DNA from: Deltaproteobacteria bacterium
GTDB lineage: Bacteria; Myxococcota; Kuafuiibacteriia; Kuafuiibacteriales; Kuafuiibacteriaceae
DNA length: 64,000 nucleotides
Direction: 5' to 3'
Assembly: GCA_040218735.1 (NCBI GenBank)
Contig: JAVJQW010000058.1
Location: 32,001-96,000, forward strand
Shown here: piece by piece, positions 48,686-57,497 of the stretch
How the letters are laid out: each line of letters starts with the position of its first letter
Numbering within the stretch: position 1 is the first letter of the stretch
The notes under the pieces: generated by a model
Databases searched by the model: none
What the model was told of the DNA's origin: nothing
Seen by the model: only the letters and a program-made list of their open reading frames with translations
Made by a program: the position numbers and the translations under genes

Positions 48686-49347
48686 GCGCGCACCCTCAGG
48701 GGCAGCGGGAGCTGCTCCCCACCCCTCACACGTTTCGCGCGGGGCCTCCGAGCCGCGCTACGTGCGAGTCGGGTGAGGACTCGCGCCACTTCGCGATCGG
48801 TCTGCCGGTCGGCCATCTGCTGCAGCGCGCGGCTCGCGAACTGGCGTGCGGTGCGCTCGGGCGACTCCACGTGCGCTGCGACTGTGGCCTCCCACGTCTC
48901 CCCGCGCAGCAACCAGTCCAAGCTGACGTTGCAGAGCACGCCGAGGCGCCGCGTGTACGCGAGGTGCGGATGGGCCCGATCGTTCACCCAAGCGCGCCCC
49001 GAGTGCTTCCTGACGTCCAGCACGCGCCAGCACGCCGACAGTGAGTCGTAGCGGTCGAGGATGACGTGTCGAAGCCGCAGGCCGAACGTCGGTCCGTTGA
49101 ACGCGCGCGCGGGGCGTTCGGTGCCGGTGATCAGCCAATCGATGCTGACGCCGAGCCCCCTCGAGAGCGTGTCCACGAGATCGAGTCGCGAGGGGACGCT
49201 CCGGCCGCAGGCCCACGTCCACAGCGTCTCGCGCTTCAGGCCGAGCGCCTCCGCGCACGCCGTCGTGCTCGGGTACGAGCGTCCGATCGCCTGTTTCAGG
49301 CGCCGGGTGAAGCCGGGGATCGGCTCGTTGCGTCGTTCGAGCGGCAT
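48682..49347 (-). CDS. tandem XRE-HTH DNA-binding protein
   Basis: Two repeats: FTRRLKQAI...GVSIDWLITG and FGLRLRHVI...NVSLDWLLRG. Confidence 0.8.
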   Translation of the reverse strand: MPLERRNEPIPGFTRRLKQAIGRSYPSTTACAEALGLKRETLWTWACGRSVPSRLDLVDTLSRGLGVSIDWLITGTERPARAFNGPTFGLRLRHVILDRYDSLSACWRVLDVRKHSGRAWVNDRAHPHLAYTRRLGVLCNVSLDWLLRGETWEATVAAHVESPERTARQFASRALQQMADRQTDREVARVLTRLARSAARRPRAKRVRGGEQLPLPLRVRA

Positions 49348-49360
49348 CGTGATCTCCGAG

Positions 49361-49639
49361 TCAGTCGCCGAGCTCCCAGCGTGCGCCGCGCCCGTGCGCG
49401 TGCGCTTCGCGGCAGACGCGGGTCCGCGTCGAGACGGCACGGGCCGTGCTGTACCGGCGCCCATGACCGACACCACCCTGCAGGACACGGACGCTCCGAT
49501 AGAGCTCCTGATCGACATCGAGGCGCGCTGGCGCCTGTTCGTGGCCGATCGCGTCGTCTGCGCTCTCGCCGAGCTGTGGCTGCTCGCGATGAGCGTCCAG
49601 CCGGACGACGTTCGAGAAGTTCGAAATCCGGACGATCAT
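49361..49639 (-). CDS. hypothetical protein
   Basis: ATGA overlap with the upstream gene; weak coding signal. Confidence 0.35.
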   Translation of the reverse strand: MIVRISNFSNVVRLDAHREQPQLGESADDAIGHEQAPARLDVDQELYRSVRVLQGGVGHGRRYSTARAVSTRTRVCREAHAHGRGARWELGD

Positions 49640-49917
49640 GCGGCCTCCAGGTCGAGGGGCTCCTGAGTCCCTCCGGTCCAGTCCCAGCGGCGCTGGGGGG
49701 TGTTGGCGAGGTCCTCGGCGAGGCCGGCGATCATCCGCTGGCGCTCCGCGTGCCCCATGTCGAGCGCGTCGAAGAAGATGCGCTCCGCGTTGTCCGTCGT
49801 GATGCGGCACCCCGTGCGCTCGCCGAGCTGCGTCTCGAGCATCACGATCAGCGCCGACTGCGAGCGGGGATGCTGCAGCCCGGTCGGGATCTTCACCTTG
49901 GCGCGGTCGAGGCTCAT
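49636..49917 (-). CDS. hypothetical protein ending DLEAA
   Basis: 93 aa coupled to the replication gene. Confidence 0.6.
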   Translation of the reverse strand: MSLDRAKVKIPTGLQHPRSQSALIVMLETQLGERTGCRITTDNAERIFFDALDMGHAERQRMIAGLAEDLANTPQRRWDWTGGTQEPLDLEAA

Positions 49918-50933
49918 GCCGCTGCTCCTCCGCGCTCGCGGCGCTCCTTGTAGATGGCCAGGAAGCGACGACGCAGGTGCCCGAGCTCGCGCTCCTTCGT
50001 GTCGCCGACGCTGCGCACGCCGCCGATCGCCTTCAGCGCGTCGTGCAGAACCGGATCGTCGTCGCCGATGGGGATCCGCTTCCGCACGAGCCCCATGACG
50101 CGCTCCCACGCCGCGACGCCCGGGTCGGGGCCGCCGGCGCCGTCGTCGCGATCGTCGTAGGCGCCGGAGCGAAGGCGACCGCACTTCTCGGCGCCGGTGA
50201 GCCAGTCGAGGTTGCACCAGCCCTTCTCGGCGCCCTCGCGCAGGAACCGCGACTCGGCCGCCTTCGTGAGTGTCCCGCGCCACCAGGCGAGCGCGTTGAC
50301 CTCCGCGGGGATCTCGCTGGTCCGTGCGGCGATGCGGGCGCGGAGGTTCGCGCTCACGCGCTGAACCGGCTTGAAGCCCTTCGGGCCGCAGAGATCGTTG
50401 TAGAGCGCGGCGACCTTCGCGGCGTCGGCCCGACTCGACGGGTCCGGCTGATCAGACAAGGAATCCTGATCAGCTAAGGCTTGCGCGGCTTCGTCCGTCC
50501 GTCCGTTCGTACGTCCGTCCGTCCGTCCGTCGCGCGCGCGCGCGGCTGCTTGATCAGCGCTAGCTTGATCGGAACGTGATTTCGAAGACTTGCGAGGCCC
50601 GTCGCTGATCAGAGAAGCGTAGCGCTCCCAGTTGTGGACCTTAGTTGATCGGGATTCTGGGCTTGTCTGATCAGCTACGTGATCAAGAAAGCCGGCCTCC
50701 ACGTACGCCGCGAAGAGCTTCCCGTCCTCGCCGCGCCACCGCATCTCCTCCTCGAGCCCCTCGGGCCCGTAGTCGGTGAGGTCGCCGTCCGAGGGCGCGA
50801 CGTCGCCGGCGAAGGCGAGCAGGTGAGCAGCCCAACCGATCGCCTCCGCTCGGGACACGCCGAGCGCCTCGCGCAGCTTCCGCGTCTTCGCGTGCCGCGG
50901 AAGGCTGGTCTCCAATCGAACCCACCAACCCAC
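49914..50933 (-). CDS. phage replication initiator (replisome organiser-like)
   Basis: WVRLETSLPRHAK...VHNWERY N-terminal domain, low-complexity linker with DNA repeats, C-terminal NLDWL...GAYD. Confidence 0.75.
   Translation of the reverse strand: MGWWVRLETSLPRHAKTRKLREALGVSRAEAIGWAAHLLAFAGDVAPSDGDLTDYGPEGLEEEMRWRGEDGKLFAAYVEAGFLDHVADQTSPESRSTKVHNWERYASLISDGPRKSSKSRSDQASADQAAARARDGRTDGRTNGRTDEAAQALADQDSLSDQPDPSSRADAAKVAALYNDLCGPKGFKPVQRVSANLRARIAARTSEIPAEVNALAWWRGTLTKAAESRFLREGAEKGWCNLDWLTGAEKCGRLRSGAYDDRDDGAGGPDPGVAAWERVMGLVRKRIPIGDDDPVLHDALKAIGGVRSVGDTKERELGHLRRRFLAIYKERRERGGAAA
50449..50686. repeat. candidate replication origin: eight TGATC(A/G) motifs plus (GTCC)n
   Basis: TGATCR at 50449, 50467, 50551, 50566, 50606, 50646, 50668, 50680; locally lower GC. 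Confidence 0.65.
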
Positions 50934-50936
50934 GGT

Positions 50937-51146
50937 TCAGCCCTCCTGAGGCTCCTGAGGCGCCACCACGACCGCTACGGGGAGCGGTTCGACCGGAACG
51001 ACGAAGCCCATCGCGCGCGCAACGCCAGAAGCGCGATCGGCGCACGTCTGGCACATCCGCGCGGGGCGCTGCCCGGGCCAAGACACGAGGAACTCGGCCG
51101 GCTCGATGCAGTCCCCCGCGCTGCACGCGATGGGCTTCGGAGGCAT
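50937..51146 (-). CDS. small zinc-finger protein
   Basis: CSAGDC...CQTC. Confidence 0.6.
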   Translation of the reverse strand: MPPKPIACSAGDCIEPAEFLVSWPGQRPARMCQTCADRASGVARAMGFVVPVEPLPVAVVVAPQEPQEG

Positions 51147-52222
51147 CACGCCGACTTCCCTTCCGACGCACGACGTTCGAAGCCGCCGAGGGTCCCCTCG
51201 AGCTGCTTGATCGTGAAGGTCCACGGACCTTGCTCCCAGCCCTTCGGGAACGGCGGGGCCTTGACGCCCATCTCGCGCATGTCCGCCGCGCAGCGCGCGA
51301 TCGCCTGCCCGAGCTCGCACTTCTTCAGGAGCGTCCGCGCCTTCGAGATCGACGCCTCCGCCTGCGACGGGGACATCTTCGACGTGTCGGCGAGGTTGGC
51401 GCTCCATGCCTTCTTCGCCATCGCCCGCGCGGCGTCCGTGTCGCCCTCGGTGACGTCGGCGAGTGCCTCGATCATCGCGACCTGGATCTCGACGAGCTCG
51501 ACATGTGGATCACCGGCGTCCGGCTGCTCGGGCGTCGTGACGGCGCCCTCCTCGGGCTCCTCCACCGGCGTGGGGGTGTCGTCGGGCGGTGCCTCCTCAA
51601 GCGACTCGACGACGGCCTGCGCGAGCTTCGCGTCGTTGTCCTTCGCCCCGTCGTCGACCACGGTGACCGACACGACGTCGACCTCCCCGTCGAGGATGTC
51701 CTCGCCGGTGGCCATGCCGTGGATTTGCTCCGACCACTCCTGCCGCGCGAGGCGCGACGCGCAGCGGTTCGAGAGCATGATCTCGGGCTCCGTCTTGTAC
51801 TTGGCATTGCGCTGGGCGTAGCCGGCGTCGTGCGCGTCCTGGATCGTGAACGTCTTCGCGATCTCCGGACGGCCCTTCCGCTTCGAGCGCCACACCGCGC
51901 GCGTTGGCGTGGACTCCACGCACTCGAAGAACTCGCACTCGGGATGCTGACGAACGAGCGAGACGAGCAGCCACGTGTACCAGGCGGGGCGGCCGTTCAC
52001 GGTGTAGAGGCCCTCGAACGCCTGGACCGCGCTGAGTCCGAGCGAACGCCCCCACATCGCGACGACGACCGCCTGCTCGGGCGTCTTGATGTGGGGGAAG
52101 ATGCCGGACTGAACGATCTCCCGGCCGAGCTCCTTCAGCTCGGCGAGCGACCCGGGTTCGAAGGCGTACGGGTCGAGGGCTACGGTGCTCCGACGAGCGA
52201 TTGCTTGCGGCTGCGCAGTCAT
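51146..52222 (-). CDS. RecT/Beta-like single-strand annealing protein
   Basis: GRSLGLSAVQAFEGLYTVNGRP, FTIQDA..AG, PEIMLSNRCASRLAR. Confidence 0.75.
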   Translation of the reverse strand: MTAQPQAIARRSTVALDPYAFEPGSLAELKELGREIVQSGIFPHIKTPEQAVVVAMWGRSLGLSAVQAFEGLYTVNGRPAWYTWLLVSLVRQHPECEFFECVESTPTRAVWRSKRKGRPEIAKTFTIQDAHDAGYAQRNAKYKTEPEIMLSNRCASRLARQEWSEQIHGMATGEDILDGEVDVVSVTVVDDGAKDNDAKLAQAVVESLEEAPPDDTPTPVEEPEEGAVTTPEQPDAGDPHVELVEIQVAMIEALADVTEGDTDAARAMAKKAWSANLADTSKMSPSQAEASISKARTLLKKCELGQAIARCAADMREMGVKAPPFPKGWEQGPWTFTIKQLEGTLGGFERRASEGKSA

Positions 52223-52223
52223 G

Positions 52224-52778
52224 TCAGCGCACCACTTCCAGCGGCGACGGCGGGGGCACGTTCGCCTTCACGTTCTTCGGGTTGCTCTTGCCGCCGGCGT
52301 TGGGGCTCGCCGGCTTCTTCACCTCACCCGGCTCGGGCGGGCCCGCGTCCTTCTTCGGCGTCTCCTTCTTCGGGGGCGCCGCGCCCTTTTTCTTGGGCGG
52401 GGGCGACGCGGCGTTGTCGATCTCGAGCTGGCGCTCGGCGGCGCGCATCGCGCGCGAGCTGATGACCTCCTTCGTGTCGGTGCGGATGACCTCGACCACG
52501 TTCCGGTCGAAGCTCATGCGCTCGACGCAGATGACCTCGCGCTCCTCGCGGCGCGCGATGAGCACGCGGTGCGCGGCGGCGATCTGCTCGCGGATCTCCT
52601 TGACGAGGCCGTTGTAAGTCGAGACGGCTTCGGAGCGCTTCGCGATCGTCGCGTCGCATCGCGACATCAGCTCGAGCAGCTCGTCCGTCTTCTGCTGGAT
52701 CTCCTTGTCGGTGAGGTCGACCGGGAGGTTCTTGATCACCTCGCGCTCGCGGACGTCTTCTTTGTTGGGTGCGGTCAT
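52224..52778 (-). CDS. hypothetical coiled-coil phage protein
   Basis: 184 aa, coupled within the early operon. Confidence 0.7.
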   Translation of the reverse strand: MTAPNKEDVREREVIKNLPVDLTDKEIQQKTDELLELMSRCDATIAKRSEAVSTYNGLVKEIREQIAAAHRVLIARREEREVICVERMSFDRNVVEVIRTDTKEVISSRAMRAAERQLEIDNAASPPPKKKGAAPPKKETPKKDAGPPEPGEVKKPASPNAGGKSNPKNVKANVPPPSPLEVVR

Positions 52779-53050
52779 TCGGTCTCCAGGTGGGCCAAGG
52801 GCCCGGTTGAGGCGGGCGCGGCCCGCGGGGTTCGAAGGGGATCAGCGGGAGCGAGCTCGGGTATCGCGGCGGCCGTGGCGGCCTTCACCTGCTCGTGCAG
52901 CCGGGCCCACGCTTGGAGGGGCCGCTCGAGGTCGGGCGGAAGGTCGATGCGGCCGGTGACCCACGCGGCGTAGATCTCGACGACGACGCCGAACTGCGCG
53001 CCGTGCTCTTGCTCCTCGAGGAGAGCGACCGAGAACGCGGGGGCGTTCAT
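52775..53050 (-). CDS. hypothetical phage protein
   Basis: ATGA overlaps on both sides. Confidence 0.55.
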   Translation of the reverse strand: MNAPAFSVALLEEQEHGAQFGVVVEIYAAWVTGRIDLPPDLERPLQAWARLHEQVKAATAAAIPELAPADPLRTPRAAPASTGPLAHLETE

Positions 53051-53655
53051 GACCGAACCTCGGCGACCTTGAACTCGCAGGCCCACACCTCGGGGTTGCG
53101 GTTCCACACGAGGAAGCGGTTCTTGCCGTAGATCTCGTTCCAGGCCTTGAGGAACACCGTGCGCGCGTGTTCGTCGCGCTCTGCTTCCAGCGTCCAGGGG
53201 TGGTCTGCGACGGTGTAGTCCACATCGGGGACGTCGAATCCCTCGGCGATGATGTCGCTCGTCGTGATATCGCGGAGGCGCTGAAGCCGAACCGCGGTCA
53301 CCTTGAGCGTGATTCGGGAGGCCGCGCGCGGCATGTGGATCGACGGTCGCCAGCCGAATCCGTTCTCGCGCCAGCACGCCCAGCACGACGACGTGTTCCC
53401 GGGTTTGCAGTCGCGGTTGAGGTGGATCGGATTCCTCGCGAAGGCGTCCGGGTCCGCGTACAGGTCCGCCGCGTACATGAACTCGGAGTGCGGGTAGAAG
53501 AAGTGCCCCGGCGCGAACGTCTCGCGCACCCAGAGTCGATCGCCTGGCTCGCCGAACAGTGTGCGGGGCTGCACGGGGCGGCGCGTCTGCGTCTTCTTGC
53601 CGGCGAGGATGGCGCGCACCATCTCCCCCGAGAAGAGGATCGGACGCTCCTTCAT
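53047..53655 (-). CDS. ASCH/PUA-like phage protein
   Basis: MKERPILFSGEMVRAILAGKKTQTRR, GDRLWVRETF, WRPSIHMPRAASRITL. Confidence 0.85.
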   Translation of the reverse strand: MKERPILFSGEMVRAILAGKKTQTRRPVQPRTLFGEPGDRLWVRETFAPGHFFYPHSEFMYAADLYADPDAFARNPIHLNRDCKPGNTSSCWACWRENGFGWRPSIHMPRAASRITLKVTAVRLQRLRDITTSDIIAEGFDVPDVDYTVADHPWTLEAERDEHARTVFLKAWNEIYGKNRFLVWNRNPEVWACEFKVAEVRS

Positions 53656-54650
53656 GACCGCACGTCCAGCTGGCGATACGACTCGCCGCGGTGGAACTCT
53701 TCGAGCTCCTTCCGCTCCTTCGGACCGATGTCGAGGCGACGGCAGAGGTCGTCGACCATGTCCTTGTACGAGGTGCGGCCGCTCAGGTTGCCCCAGCGCA
53801 CCGACCCGCCTCCGGGCAGCTTGAAGCCCACGCCGTCGCCGATCGTCTCCTCGATGAGGTGGGCGACCTGGTCCTTCTTCGCCTCGAGGTCTTTGATCTG
53901 CCGGTTGAGCTCGGCGTGCCGCTCGGCGAGCTCGACCTGGCGATCGGTCGGCGTCTCGCTCAGCTTCCCCTTGCCCTCGGGGTGTCGACGTTCGAGCTCG
54001 CGACGCCAGCCGCGGGAGCCGTCGATCGGCACGGGGAGGCCGCGCTCGATGTGGTCGCGGTACCACTTCTCGGCGCGCTCGAGCAGCGCGAGGCCGATGT
54101 CGAGGTTCCTCGGCACGCGGTAGCCGCGCAGCTCGTGACCGTTCACCGAGACGGCGACGTCGGCGACGTCGACCTCGGGGATCTCGGTGTTGCGCCAGAA
54201 GTCGCGGTCGAGGTGAATCGCGGCGAGCTGGGCCTGCACCTGCGCGGCGACGTTCGGCGCGACTTTGGAGGTGCCGTCCTCGCCCCACCCCTGCGCCTGC
54301 AGCGCGCGCCACTCGCGCGACTTCACCTCGATCACGTGCGGCTCGGGGACGATGACGAAGTCGAGGGAGTAGCGAAGCCACGGCCGGCCGGGGACGGCGC
54401 CGGCGCGGCTCTCCGGCTTGTCGAGCAGCGCGGGATCGAGACCGAGGCGTCGCTTCGCGAAGACGGCCGCGGTGCCGTACTCGTGCTCGTTGCCGAGGTC
54501 GCCAGCGACCTGGAGCCACTCCGGCGCGTGCGGGCTGAAGCTGTGGACGATCCGGTTCCGCAGGTCGATCGGCGCCCGGTACTTGTCGAGGCCGATGATC
54601 GTCGGGATGTCCGAGCAGCCGACGAGGCTGAGGTCGAGGCTATGCGACAC
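53652..54650 (-). CDS. YqaJ-like viral recombination exonuclease
   Basis: VGCSDIPTIIG, GNEHE, SLDF...IEVK, QVQAQL. Confidence 0.85.
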   Translation of the reverse strand: MSHSLDLSLVGCSDIPTIIGLDKYRAPIDLRNRIVHSFSPHAPEWLQVAGDLGNEHEYGTAAVFAKRRLGLDPALLDKPESRAGAVPGRPWLRYSLDFVIVPEPHVIEVKSREWRALQAQGWGEDGTSKVAPNVAAQVQAQLAAIHLDRDFWRNTEIPEVDVADVAVSVNGHELRGYRVPRNLDIGLALLERAEKWYRDHIERGLPVPIDGSRGWRRELERRHPEGKGKLSETPTDRQVELAERHAELNRQIKDLEAKKDQVAHLIEETIGDGVGFKLPGGGSVRWGNLSGRTSYKDMVDDLCRRLDIGPKERKELEEFHRGESYRQLDVRS

Positions 54651-55530
54651 GGCGCACCTCCGGCACTTGGTCCCAGGTGCGGCCGTCGAGCTCGCGGCCC
54701 GCGGCCTTCTTGCCCAACAGCATCGTGATGTCCGAATCGCCGGCCGGCGCCCAAGCACCCCACTGCTTGAACAGGAACGCCGTCCCCGCCTCGACGCACT
54801 GATCGCGAAGCGATCGCGCCCAGTCGGGATGCATGGGCCGCGCGCCGGGGCCGCTTTCGCCGCCGCAGATAACCCAATCGAGCACGGCGCCGTTCCACTC
54901 GTCGTCCTCGGGATCGACGTCGCAGTGCAGCGCGTTGTGGCCGTGCACCCCGACGGCCATCGGGCGCACCAGGTCGGTCAGGTTGATCGCCTCGAGCATC
55001 GGCTCGACGCTGACGAAGCGGCACACGGCGGGCGTGGCGAGGAGCAGCGGGATGCGTCGGGCCGCGTCGGCCTGCGTTTCGGCGGTGACGCCGAGCCAGA
55101 CGTGCGGCCAGGGCTCGTCGAACTGCCCCATTGCTTCGAACCAAGGAAGCATTCGACGGAAGTTCTCCGGGCGCTTTGTGAGCAGCAGCCAGTCGAGGTG
55201 GGGCGTCGCGCTGATGAGCAGCCACAGGCGCCGCCGATGCTCGATGAGGTCGTCGCGGTCCTCGAACACGTCCGCCATCGACGCGCAGAACACCCGCTCG
55301 CGAACTCCGGTGCGCTCCGCGCGCGCGTTCCACTTCAGCGGCTCGGCCCAACGCTTGTCGCCGAAGAAACGACGCGGCGCCTCGGGGCCCCAGTGCTCGT
55401 TTCCGATGCCGTGGACGCGCTTGTCGAACGTCTCCGCGTAGCAGTTGCGGCACGCCTCCGAGACGCGCGTGCACCCCCACCACGGGTTGAAGGTGTGATC
55501 GGTCCACTCGATCTTCGAGAGAGCGCCCAT
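54640..55530 (-). CDS. Gp37/Gp68-family (DUF5131) protein
   Basis: SKIEWTDHTFNPWWGCTRVSEACRNCYAE, LLTKRPE, WVICGGESG, FKQWG. Confidence 0.9.
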   Translation of the reverse strand: MGALSKIEWTDHTFNPWWGCTRVSEACRNCYAETFDKRVHGIGNEHWGPEAPRRFFGDKRWAEPLKWNARAERTGVRERVFCASMADVFEDRDDLIEHRRRLWLLISATPHLDWLLLTKRPENFRRMLPWFEAMGQFDEPWPHVWLGVTAETQADAARRIPLLLATPAVCRFVSVEPMLEAINLTDLVRPMAVGVHGHNALHCDVDPEDDEWNGAVLDWVICGGESGPGARPMHPDWARSLRDQCVEAGTAFLFKQWGAWAPAGDSDITMLLGKKAAGRELDGRTWDQVPEVRRVA

Positions 55531-55754
55531 CAGTAGCCCCTTCCCTGCAGATAGAGCTTCGCGGCATCGAGGCACGAGCCGTACGTCTCCACGACGCGCG
55601 CGTCGGTCTCGTACCGCTTCACGAGCTCGGCGGTCTGCGTCGCCGTGCTGACCATCTGCGTGTTCGCGGTGATCTGCAGGCCGAAGGCCCGGACCAACTT
55701 CGCGAGCTCCGTCGTCGTCGTCGCCGCGTGCAGCTGCTCGAGGTAGTCCGTCAC
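55530..55754 (-). CDS. hypothetical phage protein
   Basis: 74 aa, coupled. Confidence 0.6.
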   Translation of the reverse strand: MTDYLEQLHAATTTTELAKLVRAFGLQITANTQMVSTATQTAELVKRYETDARVVETYGSCLDAAKLYLQGRGY

Positions 55755-55936
55755 CGGGCACCTCCGTCGAAGCCGCGGCGGGCGAACAGGGCCTTGCGAA
55801 CGTCGCCGAGCGCGCGGACGTACTTGGACTGCGTCGGCTCCGCGGCGCGCGCGCGCTTCAGCGACGCTTCAAGCTGGCGAAGCTGCGCTTCGGGCCACCA
55901 TCGGATGAGGTCGAACGTGATCGCTTCGAGGTTCAT
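55751..55936 (-). CDS. hypothetical phage protein
   Basis: 61 aa, coupled. Confidence 0.55.
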   Translation of the reverse strand: MNLEAITFDLIRWWPEAQLRQLEASLKRARAAEPTQSKYVRALGDVRKALFARRGFDGGAR

Positions 55937-56205
55937 GCGTGCTCCCGCCAGCGGCGAACGCCCTGGCTCACTGCCTGTCGAGAGACGCCGACGACCTCGG
56001 CGATCCCGGTAAGGGTCCAGCCGCCGTCCGCGAGGGAAGCCCACGCAAAGTGACGAAGTCGGCTGGGGTACATCGGTTCGAGCGCAGCCGGGCGCGCCGC
56101 CGGCGGCACGACGAGGGCGCTTCGCTCGGCGCCGGACGCGAGCAGCCGGACGCGTCCGGTCGGACGCAGCTCGAGGACGGGATTCGGGAAGCGGTCAGCG
56201 GCCAC
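55933..56205 (-). CDS. small HTH DNA-binding protein
   Basis: GWTLTGIAEVVGVSRQAVSQ; GGAGG RBS before GTG. Confidence 0.65.
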   Translation of the reverse strand: MAADRFPNPVLELRPTGRVRLLASGAERSALVVPPAARPAALEPMYPSRLRHFAWASLADGGWTLTGIAEVVGVSRQAVSQGVRRWREHA

Positions 56206-56587
56206 GGCGCACCTCCGCGAACATCTCGATCCGCACCGTGTACTGGCGCACTGCGCCACGGCGCTGCGCGAACTCGAATCGTAGGTTGGGGTGCGCGTCG
56301 TTCGGGTAGCCGATGCAGCGGCAGATCTCGTCCTTCACGAACTTGAAGGCGTCGCGGAGGTTGTCGTCGTCGTCGAACGCACGCGGGGCGATCCGCGTGA
56401 ACCGAAGGAGCACCGGGCCCGGGGGCGTCGGTCGACCTGCGTCGCGCCACGCCGCGCGCGTCGCGTCCTTGTCGTGGTCCTTCGCCTTCTTCACCAGGGC
56501 CCAGTGCGTCTTGGGCCCGAGGTTGGCGTAGCCGGTGAGGCGATGGTCCCACTCGACCGTCGCCTCCCATGCGATCGTCGTCGTCAC
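56195..56587 (-). CDS. RusA-like Holliday junction resolvase
   Basis: DDDNLRDAFKFVKDEI matches the RusA D-x-DN..K...D pattern; GYPND. Confidence 0.7.
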   Translation of the reverse strand: MTTTIAWEATVEWDHRLTGYANLGPKTHWALVKKAKDHDKDATRAAWRDAGRPTPPGPVLLRFTRIAPRAFDDDDNLRDAFKFVKDEICRCIGYPNDAHPNLRFEFAQRRGAVRQYTVRIEMFAEVRRGR

Positions 56588-57258
56588 GGGGTGGTCTCCT
56601 CGCCGAGCTCGTTCCCCCAGTGCGCCCAGCCTTCGCGGTCGCGCCGAGCGAACAGCTCGAGGTACGGGCCGGGGTTGAGCTTCTCGACCTTCGCGAGCAG
56701 CTCGTCCGGCTTGCGTGAATGCTCCGCGCGCGGCGCGATGATCACGGACGACTCGCCGCGCGCCTCCTTCGCGGCCGTCATCCCGCCGCGGGTGCAGACG
56801 AGACAGAGCTCGTGCGCCACGCGGACGTACGAACCCATGCCGATCTGCTGAACGATGCGGACGGCGCGCTCGATGATCTTCGTCGCGTCGCCGACCTTCG
56901 TGAGGTTGCCGGCGACCTTCCAGAGCAGCTCGCGCACGAAGCCCGCGTCGATCGTCGGGCGCGCCTTCACCCAGACGATCTGGGACTTCGGCTCGTAGCC
57001 CCACGCACGCGCGACGCGGAAGCCGTCCTCGAGGAACGACGCCGTCACCCACAAGTAGAGCTGCGATCGGTCCGCGCCGAGGACGCCGACCGGAAGCTCG
57101 CAGATCTCCGCGACGCTCATGGTCGGGTAGGGCGGCTTGATCCGCGTCGCCTTGCCCGCGGTGTAGTCCCACGGCGGGTCGGCGACGATCGCGCCGAAGC
57201 CCTCGCGGACGAAGGGGAGGGGCTGCTCGTCGACGAGCTGCTCGGCGGTCAGGGTCAT
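56584..57258 (-). CDS. MT-A70-family adenine methyltransferase
   Basis: IVADPPW, LYLWVT, HSRKP, LELFAR, WGNE. Confidence 0.9.
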   Translation of the reverse strand: MTLTAEQLVDEQPLPFVREGFGAIVADPPWDYTAGKATRIKPPYPTMSVAEICELPVGVLGADRSQLYLWVTASFLEDGFRVARAWGYEPKSQIVWVKARPTIDAGFVRELLWKVAGNLTKVGDATKIIERAVRIVQQIGMGSYVRVAHELCLVCTRGGMTAAKEARGESSVIIAPRAEHSRKPDELLAKVEKLNPGPYLELFARRDREGWAHWGNELGEETTP

Positions 57259-57497
57259 GAACGACCTCCCAGCGCACCCGCGACGGCGGCGAGCGCTACG
57301 GCGAAGAGACCCCGCGGCGACGTGAGGCCCACGGCGTCGAGCGCCGCGACGACGGTCGCGACCACGAACACGGAGACGATGACGGCCCCGACGCAGACGT
57401 GGAGGAGCCACAGCAGGTCGAGCACGCGGCGAACCCAGCGCGGCGCCGGCGGACTCAACGCGGGGCGCGCGAACAGATCGCGAAGAGGCTCACGCAT
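57255..57497 (-). CDS. small two-TM membrane protein
   Basis: 80 aa, hydrophobic, overlapping the int stop. Confidence 0.6.
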   Translation of the reverse strand: MREPLRDLFARPALSPPAPRWVRRVLDLLWLLHVCVGAVIVSVFVVATVVAALDAVGLTSPRGLFAVALAAVAGALGGRS

